Assembly: GCA_964441775.1 (NCBI GenBank)
Contig: CAYTVL010000002.1
Location: forward strand, 169,520 to 233,519
Reading direction: 5' to 3'
Origin: an uncultured Enterobacteriaceae bacterium
GTDB lineage: Bacteria; Desulfobacterota; Binatia; Bin18
Length of the DNA: 64,000 nucleotides
Part shown: piece by piece, positions 1 through 10,200 of the stretch
How the letters are laid out: the number at the start of each line of letters is the position of its first letter
How positions within the stretch are numbered: position 1 is the first letter of the stretch
Notes under the pieces: model-generated
Seen by the model: only the letters and a program-made list of their open reading frames with translations
Told to the model about the DNA's origin: nothing
The model's database searches: none
Made by a program: the position numbers and the translations under genes

Positions 1-303
1 GAGAAGTCTTTGAAAGACCATCGTGGCGATATTGATGAGGAAACGGCGAAGAATATTGAAGCCGCGATGGAAAAGGCCAAGAAAACCATCGAGGGTGAAG
101 ACATTACCGCTATGAGAACGGCGATGGAAGAACTGACGCAAGTGTCGCACAAGCTCGCTGAAGCCATGTATGCCAAGGTTGCCAAAGAACAACACGCGGA
201 TGGTCATGGGGCGGAGGCTGGAAGCGATCAAACTGGTCAAACCGGCAAAGCTGGCGACGGCAAAGATAACGTTGTGGATGCGGATTTTGAAGAAGTAAAG
301 TGA
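1..303 (+). CDS. dnaK: Molecular chaperone DnaK, C-terminal fragment (5' end lies outside the window)
   Basis: Translation ends ...DADFEEVK, a Hsp70 C-terminal lid region with typical acidic/Gly-rich tail, and dnaJ follows directly. Frame is open from base 1. Confidence 0.8.
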   Translation, partial: EKSLKDHRGDIDEETAKNIEAAMEKAKKTIEGEDITAMRTAMEELTQVSHKLAEAMYAKVAKEQHADGHGAEAGSDQTGQTGKAGDGKDNVVDADFEEVK

Positions 304-332
304 CGCAGAGAAACTCAGCATGAGTAGGCGCG

Positions 333-378
333 AAGCCCCCAGTCTTCTTGCGGTTGGAAGAGTGGGGGCTTTTCGTTG
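333..378 (+). terminator. Stem-loop plus T-rich tract between dnaK and dnaJ (candidate intrinsic terminator or attenuator)
   Basis: AAGCCCCCA (333-341) pairs with TGGGGGCTT (363-371), a 9-bp perfect stem, followed by TTCGTTG. It lies 30 nt after the dnaK stop. Confidence 0.4.
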
Positions 379-399
379 TATAAGGGATGGACGCGAGGT

Positions 400-1524
400 A
401 TGGCAACGAAATCCGATTACTATGAACTGTTGGGCGTAAAGCGTGATGCTGGCGAAGAGGAACTCAAAAAAGCCTATCGGAAAGCTGCATTGCGTTACCA
501 TCCCGATCGCAATCCTGGCGACAAAGCTGCCGAGGAGAAATTCAAAGAACTCTCCGAGGCCTACTCCGTGCTCAGCGATCAGAGCAAGCGCGTGCAGTAT
601 GATCGATATGGTCACGCGGCGTTTGAACAAGGCGGGGTCGGTGGTGGTTTTGGTGGCTTTGATTTTTCCGGCAACTTTGAAGATATTTTTGGTGATATCT
701 TCGGCGATATTTTTGGTGGTGGTGGTGGACGTGGCGGTCGACGCCGTACGCGTCGTGGCGAAGATCTCAGCTACAATTTAGAAATCTCTTTTGAAGAGGC
801 GGCGTTTGGAACGGAGAAGACCCTCACCATTCCGCGCATGGCCGTTTGCGAGACCTGTCAAGGCAAAGGCGCGAAGCCGGGCACGACGCCGAAAACGTGC
901 TCTACGTGCCGTGGCAGCGGACAGGTGCGTTTTCAACAGGGGTTTTTTACCATCGCACGCACGTGCAGCCAGTGCGGCGGTCAAGGGACGATGATTACCG
1001 ATCCGTGCGGGACGTGCCGTGGTACGGGAGCCACTAGGAAAACTTCGACCCTCCAAGTAAAAATTCCCCCCGGCGTGGATACCGGTGCACGACTGAAGCT
1101 GCGCAATGAAGGTGAGGCGAGTCTTACGGGTGGGCCGCCGGGCGACCTGTACGTTCTTCTGCGAGTCCGGGAACATCCGCTCTTTTCTCGGCAAGACAAC
1201 GATGTGATTTGTGAAGTGCCGGTCAGTTTTCCTCAGGCCGCGTTGGGCGTCGAAATTGAAGTCCCCACATTAGAAGGAAAGCTGAAAATGAAAGTGCCGG
1301 CAGGGACGCAAGCCGGCAGTGTGTTCCGTTTACGCGGAAAAGGCGTGATGGATTTGCACGGTGGCGGCCGCGGCGATCAACTCGTTCGCGTGACGGTTGA
1401 GACGCCGCGCAAATTGACGGAAAAACAACGAGAACTTTTAGAAGAGTTTGCTCGCCTGGATGGGGCAGAGGTGCATCCCCTGAGCAAGGGTTTCTTCGAG
1501 AAAGTCAAAGAACTCTTTGGGTAA
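400..1524 (+). CDS. dnaJ: Molecular chaperone DnaJ
   Basis: J-domain (DYYELLGV...[12 protein letters not shown] motif), G/F-rich linker, four CxxCxGxG zinc-finger repeats and a C-terminal substrate-binding domain. The ATG at 400 was chosen over the ORF-track TTG at 376. Confidence 0.9.
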   Translation: MATKSDYYELLGVKRDAGEEELKKAYRKAALRYHPDRNPGDKAAEEKFKELSEAYSVLSDQSKRVQYDRYGHAAFEQGGVGGGFGGFDFSGNFEDIFGDIFGDIFGGGGGRGGRRRTRRGEDLSYNLEISFEEAAFGTEKTLTIPRMAVCETCQGKGAKPGTTPKTCSTCRGSGQVRFQQGFFTIARTCSQCGGQGTMITDPCGTCRGTGATRKTSTLQVKIPPGVDTGARLKLRNEGEASLTGGPPGDLYVLLRVREHPLFSRQDNDVICEVPVSFPQAALGVEIEVPTLEGKLKMKVPAGTQAGSVFRLRGKGVMDLHGGGRGDQLVRVTVETPRKLTEKQRELLEEFARLDGAEVHPLSKGFFEKVKELFG

Positions 1525-1539
1525 AAACGCGGAGACAGG

Positions 1540-2520
1540 ATGAAACTCCGTGAGATGGGAGAGTTCCCTTTTCTCCATCGCCTCCGCCGTCGGATTCCCT
1601 CCAACTCCCGCGTGTTGCTGGGGATTGGGGATGATTGCGCGGCGCTCTCTCTCCCCGGAACGACGGTTATCACCACTGACGCCATGATTGAAAATGTCCA
1701 CTTTCGTCGCGATTGGACGGGCTTCTCAATGGTCGGAGAAAAAGCCTTTGCTACGAATGCCAGTGATATCGCGGCAATGGGCGCAGAACCTACATTTGCC
1801 TTGCTGAGCATCGGGGCGCCGCAAGAATGTGAAGTCGAAGATCTCGACAACTTTTTTGACGGATTTCTTCAAGCGGCGGAGACGTATCGTGTCGCATTGA
1901 TTGGCGGGAACATGAGCGCCGCGCCCTGCTTCATGATTTCCGTGACCATGCTTGGTCAGGCCTCGCATCGAGTGGTGCAACGGGCCGGCGCCCAACCTGG
2001 AGACGATGTCTATATCACGGGCACCCCGGGAGATGCGGCTGTAGGGTTACGCATGTTGCAAGAAGGCCGAGATGATGCTCCAGCCCGCGCCGTGAAAGCG
2101 CGCTTTTTGACGCCAACCGCGCGAGTGGAGGTCGGGCGAGAACTCGCTGCTCGGAACCTTGGCACTGCGATGATCGACGTGAGCGACGGCGTATTACAAG
2201 ACTTGGGACATCTCTGCGCAGCAGGCCACGTTGGCGCTCTCATTGAAGCCCCGGCGCTGCCATTGTCCTCGGCCTATCGCACCTTGATTGGCGAGTACGA
2301 GTGGAGTCTCGCTCTCACTGGGGGTGAAGATTATGAATTGCTCTTTTCTGCGCCTGTGGCTTGTCGCGCGGCAGTAGCAGCGCTGGCCCAACAGTGCGAT
2401 TGTGCGATCACCCGCATCGGGCGCATCGCGCCGCAGGCGGAAGGTCTTCGGGTCACCGGACTAGATGGAGCCCCCTACTTGATTCCACGCGCGGGCTACG
2501 ATCATTTTCGCGAGATGTAA
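1540..2520 (+). CDS. thiL: Thiamine-monophosphate kinase ThiL (AIR synthase-related fold)
   Basis: N-terminal GEFPFLHRL, GDDCAAL and TTDAMIENVHF motifs typical of ThiL. GGAG Shine-Dalgarno 5 nt upstream of the ATG. Confidence 0.75.
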   Translation: MKLREMGEFPFLHRLRRRIPSNSRVLLGIGDDCAALSLPGTTVITTDAMIENVHFRRDWTGFSMVGEKAFATNASDIAAMGAEPTFALLSIGAPQECEVEDLDNFFDGFLQAAETYRVALIGGNMSAAPCFMISVTMLGQASHRVVQRAGAQPGDDVYITGTPGDAAVGLRMLQEGRDDAPARAVKARFLTPTARVEVGRELAARNLGTAMIDVSDGVLQDLGHLCAAGHVGALIEAPALPLSSAYRTLIGEYEWSLALTGGEDYELLFSAPVACRAAVAALAQQCDCAITRIGRIAPQAEGLRVTGLDGAPYLIPRAGYDHFREM

Positions 2521-2534
2521 TGAGGAGCGATAGC

Positions 2535-3314
2535 ATGGATCGTGCTCGACTTGTTGATTTACTTACCCAAGTGCAACGCGGCGAGGCGACCGTTGAGCAA
2601 GCGCTCGACGCGCTGAAAATGTTGCCTTTCGAGGACTTGGGTTTTGCCCGAGTTGACCACCATCGTGCGCTACGCAAAGGGTTTCCTGAAGTGATTCTCG
2701 GACAAGGGAAAACGGCGCGACAGATTGCGAGTATCGCGCAACGGCTGGCTGCGCATGGGCAACAGGCTGTGATCACACGGCTGGACGAACACAAAATGCA
2801 AGAAGTGCGCGCCTCCGTGCCGACGCTGCGGTATTATCCAGAGGGTCGTATCGGTGCTTTGGGAGTCCCGCCTGTTCCTCCAGTAGGCCAAGGAGCCATC
2901 CTTGTCGTTTCCGCCGGCACGGCTGACCTGCCTGTGGCCGAAGAAGCGGGTGTGACTGCTGAGCTGCTCGGCAACCGCGTCGAACGTTTGTATGATGTCG
3001 GCGTTGCTGGGTTACATCGTCTCCTCGGAAATCTAGAAAAATTACACGAAGCCTCCGTGCTGATCGTGGTGGCTGGCATGGAAGGCGCCTTGCCGAGCGT
3101 CATTGGCGGCTTAGTGGATCGACCCGTGATCGCCGTGCCCACGAGCATTGGCTATGGCGCTAGTTTCAATGGATTAGCGGCGCTCTTGGCCATGCTCAAT
3201 TCCTGCGCTGCTGGTATTACGGTGGTCAATATTGACAACGGCTTCGGCGCCGCCGCAGCGGCGACGCTGATGAATCGTCTCTCGTGCCCACGAAACGCAA
3301 ATCCTCCGGCCTGA
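2535..3314 (+). CDS. larB: LarB-like PurE-family protein (nickel-pincer cofactor biosynthesis carboxylase homolog, AIR carboxylase fold)
   Basis: N-terminal region (VDHHRALRKGFPEVI) followed by a PurE-like domain (GAILVVSAGTADLPVAEEA...VVAGMEGALPSV). The in-frame ATG at 2535 sits 14 nt after the thiL stop. The longer ORF from 2361 overlaps thiL and is rejected. Confidence 0.65.
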   Translation: MDRARLVDLLTQVQRGEATVEQALDALKMLPFEDLGFARVDHHRALRKGFPEVILGQGKTARQIASIAQRLAAHGQQAVITRLDEHKMQEVRASVPTLRYYPEGRIGALGVPPVPPVGQGAILVVSAGTADLPVAEEAGVTAELLGNRVERLYDVGVAGLHRLLGNLEKLHEASVLIVVAGMEGALPSVIGGLVDRPVIAVPTSIGYGASFNGLAALLAMLNSCAAGITVVNIDNGFGAAAAATLMNRLSCPRNANPPA

Positions 3315-4615
3315 CGCAGGGGCGCGCCAAGCGGGCTCTGCAAGTCGGCTCGCTGACGACCTCGGTCGGCGGCAGCTATCTCTGGCACGCGCTCAAAAGC
3401 CCGTTTCAATCCGCTGACGCACAAGAACAAGACCTGCTTGATCTACATCTGAAAAATGCCTTGCGCATTGTGGAGAGTTCGCAGGAGCTGCGCGGCGCGT
3501 TTATGAAGCTCGTACAAATGCTGAGCATGCGCACCGATATTCTTCCTTCCGAAGTCGTCGGTATTCTTTCGGTAGTGCAGTCTTCCGTACCGCCGATGGA
3601 CTACAATTTGATCCGCGAGCAAGTCAAAAAGGAACTGGGCAAATATCCAGAGCAATTGTTTAGAAGTTTCTTCCATGAGGCTTTCGCTGCAGCCTCGCTC
3701 GGTCAGGTGCATCAGGCTCGGTTGAAAAGCGGCGAGGAGGTTGTTGTCAAAGTCCAGTATCCCGGCGTGGACGCCACGGTGAGGCAAGACCTCAAGAATA
3801 TGAAGGCCTTGTTGCACGTGTGTACTTTAATTACGCGCGACGTCTTACGCCAGAAGTTCGACGCCAGCGAACTGTATCAGGAGATGGAAGAGCGGCTGTA
3901 CGAAGAACTGGACTATGTCCACGAAGCAAAAAACATGGCGCTCTTCCAGCGTCTGTTTGCCGATGACGATGAGATGATCATTCCGCGCGTGTACCCGGAC
4001 TTTTCTTCTCGCCGCGTGCTAACGATGGAATTTATTGACGGCTACAAACTACAAGACATCGCCGCACCGGGGGTAGATAAGGAATTACAGGATTGGGTCG
4101 TCCTCAAATATTTCCAAATCACGTGGCGGCAAATCTGCGAGTTTGGCGTCCTGCATACTGACCCGCACCCAGGCAATTATTTAGTGACGTACCATCCGAA
4201 GCTGGCGATGCTCGATTTCGGCAGTGTCCGCATTTTCCCTGAAGAGATTCGCAAAGGCTATCTTGATTTAGCCCGCGCCATTCTCAATCGCGACGAAAAA
4301 ACTATGGCGCGCTGTTTTGTCATGCTTGGTTATCTGGAGCCAAATCAAGACCCTGCTCCGCTCGCGCGCGTGATGTACATTATGTTCGAGGGGCTGGTGA
4401 CGGATCATGATTTCGACCCGCGTAATTTTGATTCCGTCGCCAAAACCGTGGAGATCGCCTCGATCGGCATAGAGAATCGCATCTTCAATGCCCCAGGGCA
4501 TCGGCTCTTTTTGTTGCGCGCTTTGCTTGGATTGGATGGCTATATCCATCAGTTCGGCACGATCACCAATTGGCATCGGCTCTTTCGCAAATGCCTTGAC
4601 GCTATCAAGAAATAG
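3284..4615 (+). CDS. ABC1/UbiB-family atypical protein kinase
   Basis: ABC1 signature region ([16 protein letters not shown]...[23 protein letters not shown]...DPHPGNYLV). The ORF-track start at 3284 is GTG and overlaps larB by 31 nt. The true start is uncertain, but conserved sequence before the ATG at 3503 argues against that ATG. Confidence 0.65.
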   Translation: MPTKRKSSGLTQGRAKRALQVGSLTTSVGGSYLWHALKSPFQSADAQEQDLLDLHLKNALRIVESSQELRGAFMKLVQMLSMRTDILPSEVVGILSVVQSSVPPMDYNLIREQVKKELGKYPEQLFRSFFHEAFAAASLGQVHQARLKSGEEVVVKVQYPGVDATVRQDLKNMKALLHVCTLITRDVLRQKFDASELYQEMEERLYEELDYVHEAKNMALFQRLFADDDEMIIPRVYPDFSSRRVLTMEFIDGYKLQDIAAPGVDKELQDWVVLKYFQITWRQICEFGVLHTDPHPGNYLVTYHPKLAMLDFGSVRIFPEEIRKGYLDLARAILNRDEKTMARCFVMLGYLEPNQDPAPLARVMYIMFEGLVTDHDFDPRNFDSVAKTVEIASIGIENRIFNAPGHRLFLLRALLGLDGYIHQFGTITNWHRLFRKCLDAIKK

Positions 4616-6911
4616 ACTTCTTGTTTTCCCTGAGCGGCAACCGGCGCAAGCGCAACGAATTGGCGATCACCGATACCGAGCTCAACGCCATTGCCAGCGC
4701 CGCGAACATGGGATGCAGCAAGACGTGAAATGTCGGATACAGCACGCCGGCGGCGATGGGGATGCCGATAACATTGTAGACAAACGCCCAAAACAGATTC
4801 TGACGGATCACCTGAATCGTGCGCTGCGAGAGATTGATGGCGGCGGCTACCGTGCGCACCTCGCCGCGCATTAAGGTGATGTCCGCCGCTTCTATCGCTA
4901 CATCTGTCCCTGTTCCTAGTGCGATGCCCACATCCGCTTGGACAAGGGCTGGGGCGTCATTGATGCCGTCGCCAACCATGCCGACCCTGTGTCCTTCTTC
5001 TTGCAAGCGTGCGATCTTCGTTGCTTTGTCTTCCGGCAACACCTCGGCGAAAACCTGCGCTATTCCTGCTTGTCGTGCGATAGCGGCGGCGGTCTGCGCG
5101 TTGTCTCCAGTCAGCATCGCGACCTCTAACCCTAGACCACGCAACGTCATAACTGCTTCCGCAGCATGTGGTTTCAAGACGTCGGCCACGGCGATCAAAC
5201 CAGTGGGCTGTCCGTCAACAATGACAAACATCGGCGTTTTCCCAGCGCTTGCGAGAGTGTTGGCTTGCGTCGTTAGAGGCGCCGCATCAATCGCATAGGT
5301 AGTGAGAAGCCGCTGGTTGCCGAGGAGGACCGCTTTGCCGTCGATCTTTGCTGCGACTCCTTGTCCAGGAAGGGCGCGAAAATCCTCTACCTCGCCGAAC
5401 TCTAAGTCCAACTCTCCAGCTTTTCGTACGATAGCCTCTCCCAGTGGATGCTCACTCTGCCACTCGAGACTGGCGGCGAGGCGCAATAGTTCGGCTTCCG
5501 TGGCTTGGAACTTGGAGCTTGGAGCTGGGAGTGGAAGAACGTCTGTCACTTCCGGTTTCCCCGTCGTCAAGGTTCCAGTTTTGTCAAAGACCACAGCCGT
5601 GAGTTGATACACACGCTCAAGTATTTCGCCACCTTTGATCAGAATGCCTTGCTCGGCTCCGCGCCCCGTGCCGACCATGATTGCTGTAGGAGTGGCCAGC
5701 CCCAGAGCACACGGACATGCAATAATTAATACTGCGACGAAATTCATTAACGCGAAATTGAGTCGGGGCTCGGGGCCAAAAGTGCACCAAGCGATGAAAG
5801 TAAGGATCGCAATCGCGATTACAGTTGGGACAAAATAACTGGCGATGATATCCGCCAAGCGCTGAATCGGCGCCTTGGAGCCTTGGGCTTGGCGGACGAG
5901 TTGGACGATGCGAGCCAGCGCTGTGCCTTCCCCTACTTGTGTCGCTTGAAAGGTAAAAGCGCCGGTTCGGTTGATCGTGGCGCCGATGACTGTGTCTCCG
6001 GGCTGTTTTTCCACAGGCAGGCTCTCTCCGGTTAACATGGACTCGTCTACCGCCGAAGCTCCGTTGACAAGAACGCCGTCCACGGGAATCTTTTCCCCGG
6101 GGCGGACAGCGATCACATCGCCGACTTGCACTTGTTCGACTGCTATTTCCTTTTCTTGATTGTTGACAACAAGACGCGCGGTTTTTGGCTGCAATCCGAT
6201 CAAACGGCGAATCGCTTCGGTAGTGCGCCCCTTAGCCCGGCTCTCCATGAAGCGACCAAGCAGGATGAGCGCGATGATGGTCGCGGCAGAATCAAAGTAG
6301 AGCTGTGACGCATGAGCAGTTGAAGTGAAAAATTCCGGGACAAAAACCGCAGCGACACTGTAGAAATACGCGGCTGAAGTACCGACGGCGACCAGGGTGT
6401 TCATGTCGCTCGCGCCATGCCGCGCCGCCGTCCACGCCGCTCGGTGAAATTGCCACCCGCACCAAAACTGCACGGGCGTCGTCAGCAACAGCAACACGAG
6501 AGGGTGAGAAAGAACCGGAATCGCAACCACATGTGGCATCGAGCCCGCCATAACCAGTACGGCAATGATCCCGCTGATGATGAGTTTTAACCGCAACTCG
6601 TTAAGTTCATCGTGCTCGGGTTGGTGGGCGGTTGCGCCCGTAGGTGTCCGATCAACAACCTCGTAGCCGGTCGCCGTAATTGCTTGCTGAAGTTCGTCCT
6701 GGCTGGTTTGGTCGGGACGATAGAATACGAAAGCCTCTTCACTGGCGAGATTGACGTTTGCACGCTCCACGCCAGGAACCCGCTGCAGAGCCTGTTCAAT
6801 TTTATTGACGCACGAGGCGCAGTGCATGCCGTGGATACCAATGAGGACGTGAGCCGGGGCCGTGGGCTGAGTAGATTGAGGATGTCCGTGCGCCGTTGTC
6901 TCTGGTTGCAT
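4605..6911 (-). CDS. copA: Copper-translocating P1B-type ATPase
   Basis: N-terminal HMA domain ([12 protein letters not shown]), membrane CPC motif ([11 protein letters not shown]), DKTGTLT phosphorylation motif and GDGINDAP hinge. Confidence 0.9.
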   Translation of the reverse strand: MQPETTAHGHPQSTQPTAPAHVLIGIHGMHCASCVNKIEQALQRVPGVERANVNLASEEAFVFYRPDQTSQDELQQAITATGYEVVDRTPTGATAHQPEHDELNELRLKLIISGIIAVLVMAGSMPHVVAIPVLSHPLVLLLLTTPVQFWCGWQFHRAAWTAARHGASDMNTLVAVGTSAAYFYSVAAVFVPEFFTSTAHASQLYFDSAATIIALILLGRFMESRAKGRTTEAIRRLIGLQPKTARLVVNNQEKEIAVEQVQVGDVIAVRPGEKIPVDGVLVNGASAVDESMLTGESLPVEKQPGDTVIGATINRTGAFTFQATQVGEGTALARIVQLVRQAQGSKAPIQRLADIIASYFVPTVIAIAILTFIAWCTFGPEPRLNFALMNFVAVLIIACPCALGLATPTAIMVGTGRGAEQGILIKGGEILERVYQLTAVVFDKTGTLTTGKPEVTDVLPLPAPSSKFQATEAELLRLAASLEWQSEHPLGEAIVRKAGELDLEFGEVEDFRALPGQGVAAKIDGKAVLLGNQRLLTTYAIDAAPLTTQANTLASAGKTPMFVIVDGQPTGLIAVADVLKPHAAEAVMTLRGLGLEVAMLTGDNAQTAAAIARQAGIAQVFAEVLPEDKATKIARLQEEGHRVGMVGDGINDAPALVQADVGIALGTGTDVAIEAADITLMRGEVRTVAAAINLSQRTIQVIRQNLFWAFVYNVIGIPIAAGVLYPTFHVLLHPMFAALAMALSSVSVIANSLRLRRLPLRENKKSIS

Positions 6912-7275
6912 AGTTGTTCTCTTGGTCCAAGCTAGCCTAGTCCCAACAACAGTGATACGAGAGACCAGGTAGGTATCTACTCATTGAGCGAGATCCCATT
7001 TTGCAATCTGCTGAACAGTGAAAACATTTTCGCATGACGATGTTTCCGCCTACTGTGTACGTTTGATGGAGCGGTCAAGTTTACCCCTCATTTTGTGAGT
7101 CATTCAAGGAGTCCAGCAGAGAGAAAGAAAATGCTGAATTGTAAGACCTGACCCTTTGCTTTTTTCGCTATGCTGATGAAGCGGCTTGACGCCCAGCGCC
7201 TCGACTTTTATGTAAGGAACAATGAGGCGTACAACAGCCATGCTATTATCGATGGATCTCTAGACGGAGACTGAT

Positions 7276-10200
7276 ATGGCGTCGAAACATTTACTGGAGG
7301 CATTGCCGTCAGAAACTACCCGCTCGTCCTTTGCTGTAGTCGCCCTAGTCACCTCAGCGGGCGGCTTAGAAGCCTCGAGCGCTATCCTGCGCACTTTGCC
7401 GTCTGACTGGCCTACGGCTGTGCTGGTGGCTATGCACCTCAGTGGTCAGGGAAGCGCCTTGGTGGAGATCCTTAGTCGACACAGTTCCCTTCCCATCGTC
7501 TGGGCTGAGGATGGCGGTGCCCTCAGCCCAGGATGCATCCAGCTCTGCCCGCCCGGCAAGCGCCTAGAGGTCTTGCCCGATGGGACGTGCGCACTCAGTC
7601 CTGTTGAGCGAGTGGGGCGCGACAAACCCCTGGACTTCTTCTTGGAGTCGTTAGCCGACAGCTTTGGGGCACGAGTACTCGCGGTCGTGCTCACTGGCAT
7701 GGGAAACGACGGCGCTGTGGGCGCACGCGCTGTGAAACAAGCGGGCGGTGTGGTCCTTGTACAGAGTGAAGACACCGCTGAACGGCCCTCTATGCCCCGC
7801 GCAGCGATTGAAAGCGGGGCAGCCGACCTCGTGTTACCACTCTCTGAGCTTGGCTCGGTGATCGTGCGGGTCGTGGGGGGTGGAAAATTACCCCGGCCCT
7901 GCTCGGAGGTCGAAGCGGCCGAGGCGCTCTTCGCTGGAGGCGGTGAGTTAGGCGCGCTCATGCGGGAAAAGGATTGGTCCACCACGCCACTTGGCCCCGT
8001 ACTTAAGTGGCCTCGGGCTTTGAAGACGGCTGTACGCATTGCGTTGACTTCCCGCCATTCCATGGGCGTCTGGTGGGGCAAGGAGCTGATCTATCTTTAC
8101 AACGATGCGCACAAGGCGACGCTGCGCGACAAACATCCACAGGCGCTCGGCTCGCCCGCTGCGTCTGTGTGGCGCGAAGTCTGGGACAAGCTGGGCCCCC
8201 GCGCCGTCACCACGCTGGCCGGGGTCACCGGCACCTTTGACGAAGCCTTCTTCCTCCTTATGGAACGCAATGGCTATCTGGAGGAAACTTACTATACCTT
8301 CTCCTACAGCCCAGTGCCTAACGACGACGACGGCCCCGGCGGTCTGCTCTTCGCGAACACGGAGGATACGCCGCGCATCATTAGCGAGCGGCAAATCGCC
8401 TTGCTACGCGAGGTGGCGGCGCACACGGTGGATGCGCGGACGGTCGCGGATGCCTGCACCCTGAGTGCGGAGAGCCTGGCGACGAATCCGCACGATGTGC
8501 CTTTTGCCGTGCTCTATCTGTTGGACCCGGAGCGGCGGCGTATGGTGATGGCCAGTGCCGTGAACCTGGAGCATGGTCACCCCGCTACGCCGGAAGTCGT
8601 CGGTCTTGATGACGCTTCACTATGGCCCTTTGCTGAGGCGCTGCGCACCAACGCCCCCTGCCTGCTTCGAGAATTGTCCCCGACATTGGGGGTGCTCCCG
8701 ACTGGCGCATGGGATCGACCACCGAAACAGGCCGTGGTATTGCCGGTGGCGTCGTCTGGGCGGATGGGGCGGGCGGGGATCCTCATCGTAGGGCTCAGTC
8801 CCTACCGACTCTTTGACGATAGCTACCGGGGCTTCTTAGAATTAGTAGCCGGGCAAATTGCGGCTGCATTGGCCAACGCTCACGCCTACGAGGAGGAGCG
8901 CAAGCGCGCTGAAGCGTTAGCCGAGCTCGATCGCGCTAAGACGGTCTTCTTCTCCAACATCAGCCACGAATTTCGCACGCCCCTCACGCTCCTGCTGGCC
9001 CCGCTGGAAGAATGGCTGCGCCGCCGTGATGAGTTGCCGCCCACGCTAGCGTCGGAGATCGATGTGGCCCTGCGCAACGCCCGTCGCCTGCTCAATTTGG
9101 TGAATACGCTGCTGGATTTCTCACGCGTCGAAGCCGGTCGGCTGCGCGCTCACTTCGCGCCGACCGATCTGGCTGCGCTCACGACTGACCTCGCTAGCCT
9201 CTTTCGCAGCGCAGTAGAGCGAGCGGGATTGCGACTGCGGATAGACTGCCCACCGTTGCCTGAGCCCGTCTGGGTGGATCACGAGATGTGGGAGAAAATC
9301 GTCTCGAATCTCCTCTCCAACGCCTTGAAATTTACCTTTGAGGGCGAGATTGACGTAACGCTGCGCGTGTTGCTCAAGCACGTGGAGCTGGTGGTGCGAG
9401 ACACGGGGGTCGGCATTCCTCAGGCGGAGATTCCTCACCTTTTCAAACGTTTTCACCGGGTGCAGGGAATGCGGGCGCGCACGTATGAAGGGAGCGGGAT
9501 CGGGCTGGCGCTCGTGCACGAACTCGTACGCCAGCATTACGGGCGCATCCGGGTGCAGAGCAAGGAGAACGAAGGCGCGACCTTCACGGTCTGGCTCCCG
9601 CTTGGCGTACGCCAGACCGTCGAGACGGAGCCAATCCCAGACATGGGACGCGGCGCGATTGCGGTGGCCGCCACGATGGCCGAGGAGGCTGCCCACTGGA
9701 ACGGAGCGGACGAAGAAACGACGTCCCCGCCCGCCGTCATTCAGAACCCACTGGAGCTGCCGCCCAATGTCCCGCTCCAGATGCGAGCCAAGGGAGCACG
9801 TGTCCTGGTGGTGGATGATAACGCTGATATGCGCGTCTATTTGCAGCGCCTGCTCACCGCGTACTGGCAGGTGAGCACGGCCAAAGACGGGGCCGAAGCG
9901 CTCACGCAGATGACCAGCGTCTGTCCGGATCTTATCCTCGCAGACGTGATGATGCCCAACTTGGACGGCTTCGAGTTGGTGCGCCGACTGAGGCAGGATG
10001 AGGCATTCAAACACATTCCTATTATCCTAGTCACCGCACGCGCTGGTGAAGAGGCCGCGATCGAGGGGTTGCTGGCCGGTGCTCACGACTATCTCGCCAA
10101 GCCGTTTTCCGCGCGGGAACTGGTGGCCTGTGTCGGGGCGCAATTGGAACTGGCGCGTTTGCGCATGGACGCCGCCCGTCGGGAACAGGCGTTGCGCCAG

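Noticed and set aside
778-1199. Antisense and alternative-frame ORFs within dnaJ (138 aa, 72 aa, 67 aa and others), and similar Arg/Ala/Pro-rich ORFs inside the sensor kinase, copA, and the cyclase/TPR and oxidoreductase genes (e.g. 7446-8081, 9121-10014, 10027-10731, 23305-23814, 35130-35579)
   Set aside because: These are the usual artefacts of high-GC DNA: low-complexity R/A/P-rich translations fully embedded opposite strongly supported genes, with no Shine-Dalgarno sequence or domain signature.
2361-2534. Long 5' extension of the larB ORF overlapping the thiL 3' end
   Set aside because: The extension is Arg/Ser-rich and low-complexity, and overlaps a well-supported gene. The ATG at 2535 just after the thiL stop gives a normal LarB N-terminus.
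6912-7275. 364-bp divergent region between copA and the sensor kinase as a possible metal-responsive operator or small RNA locus
   Set aside because: I found no palindrome resembling CueR/CsoR/CopY boxes and no convincing structured element by eye. It is probably just two divergent promoters.
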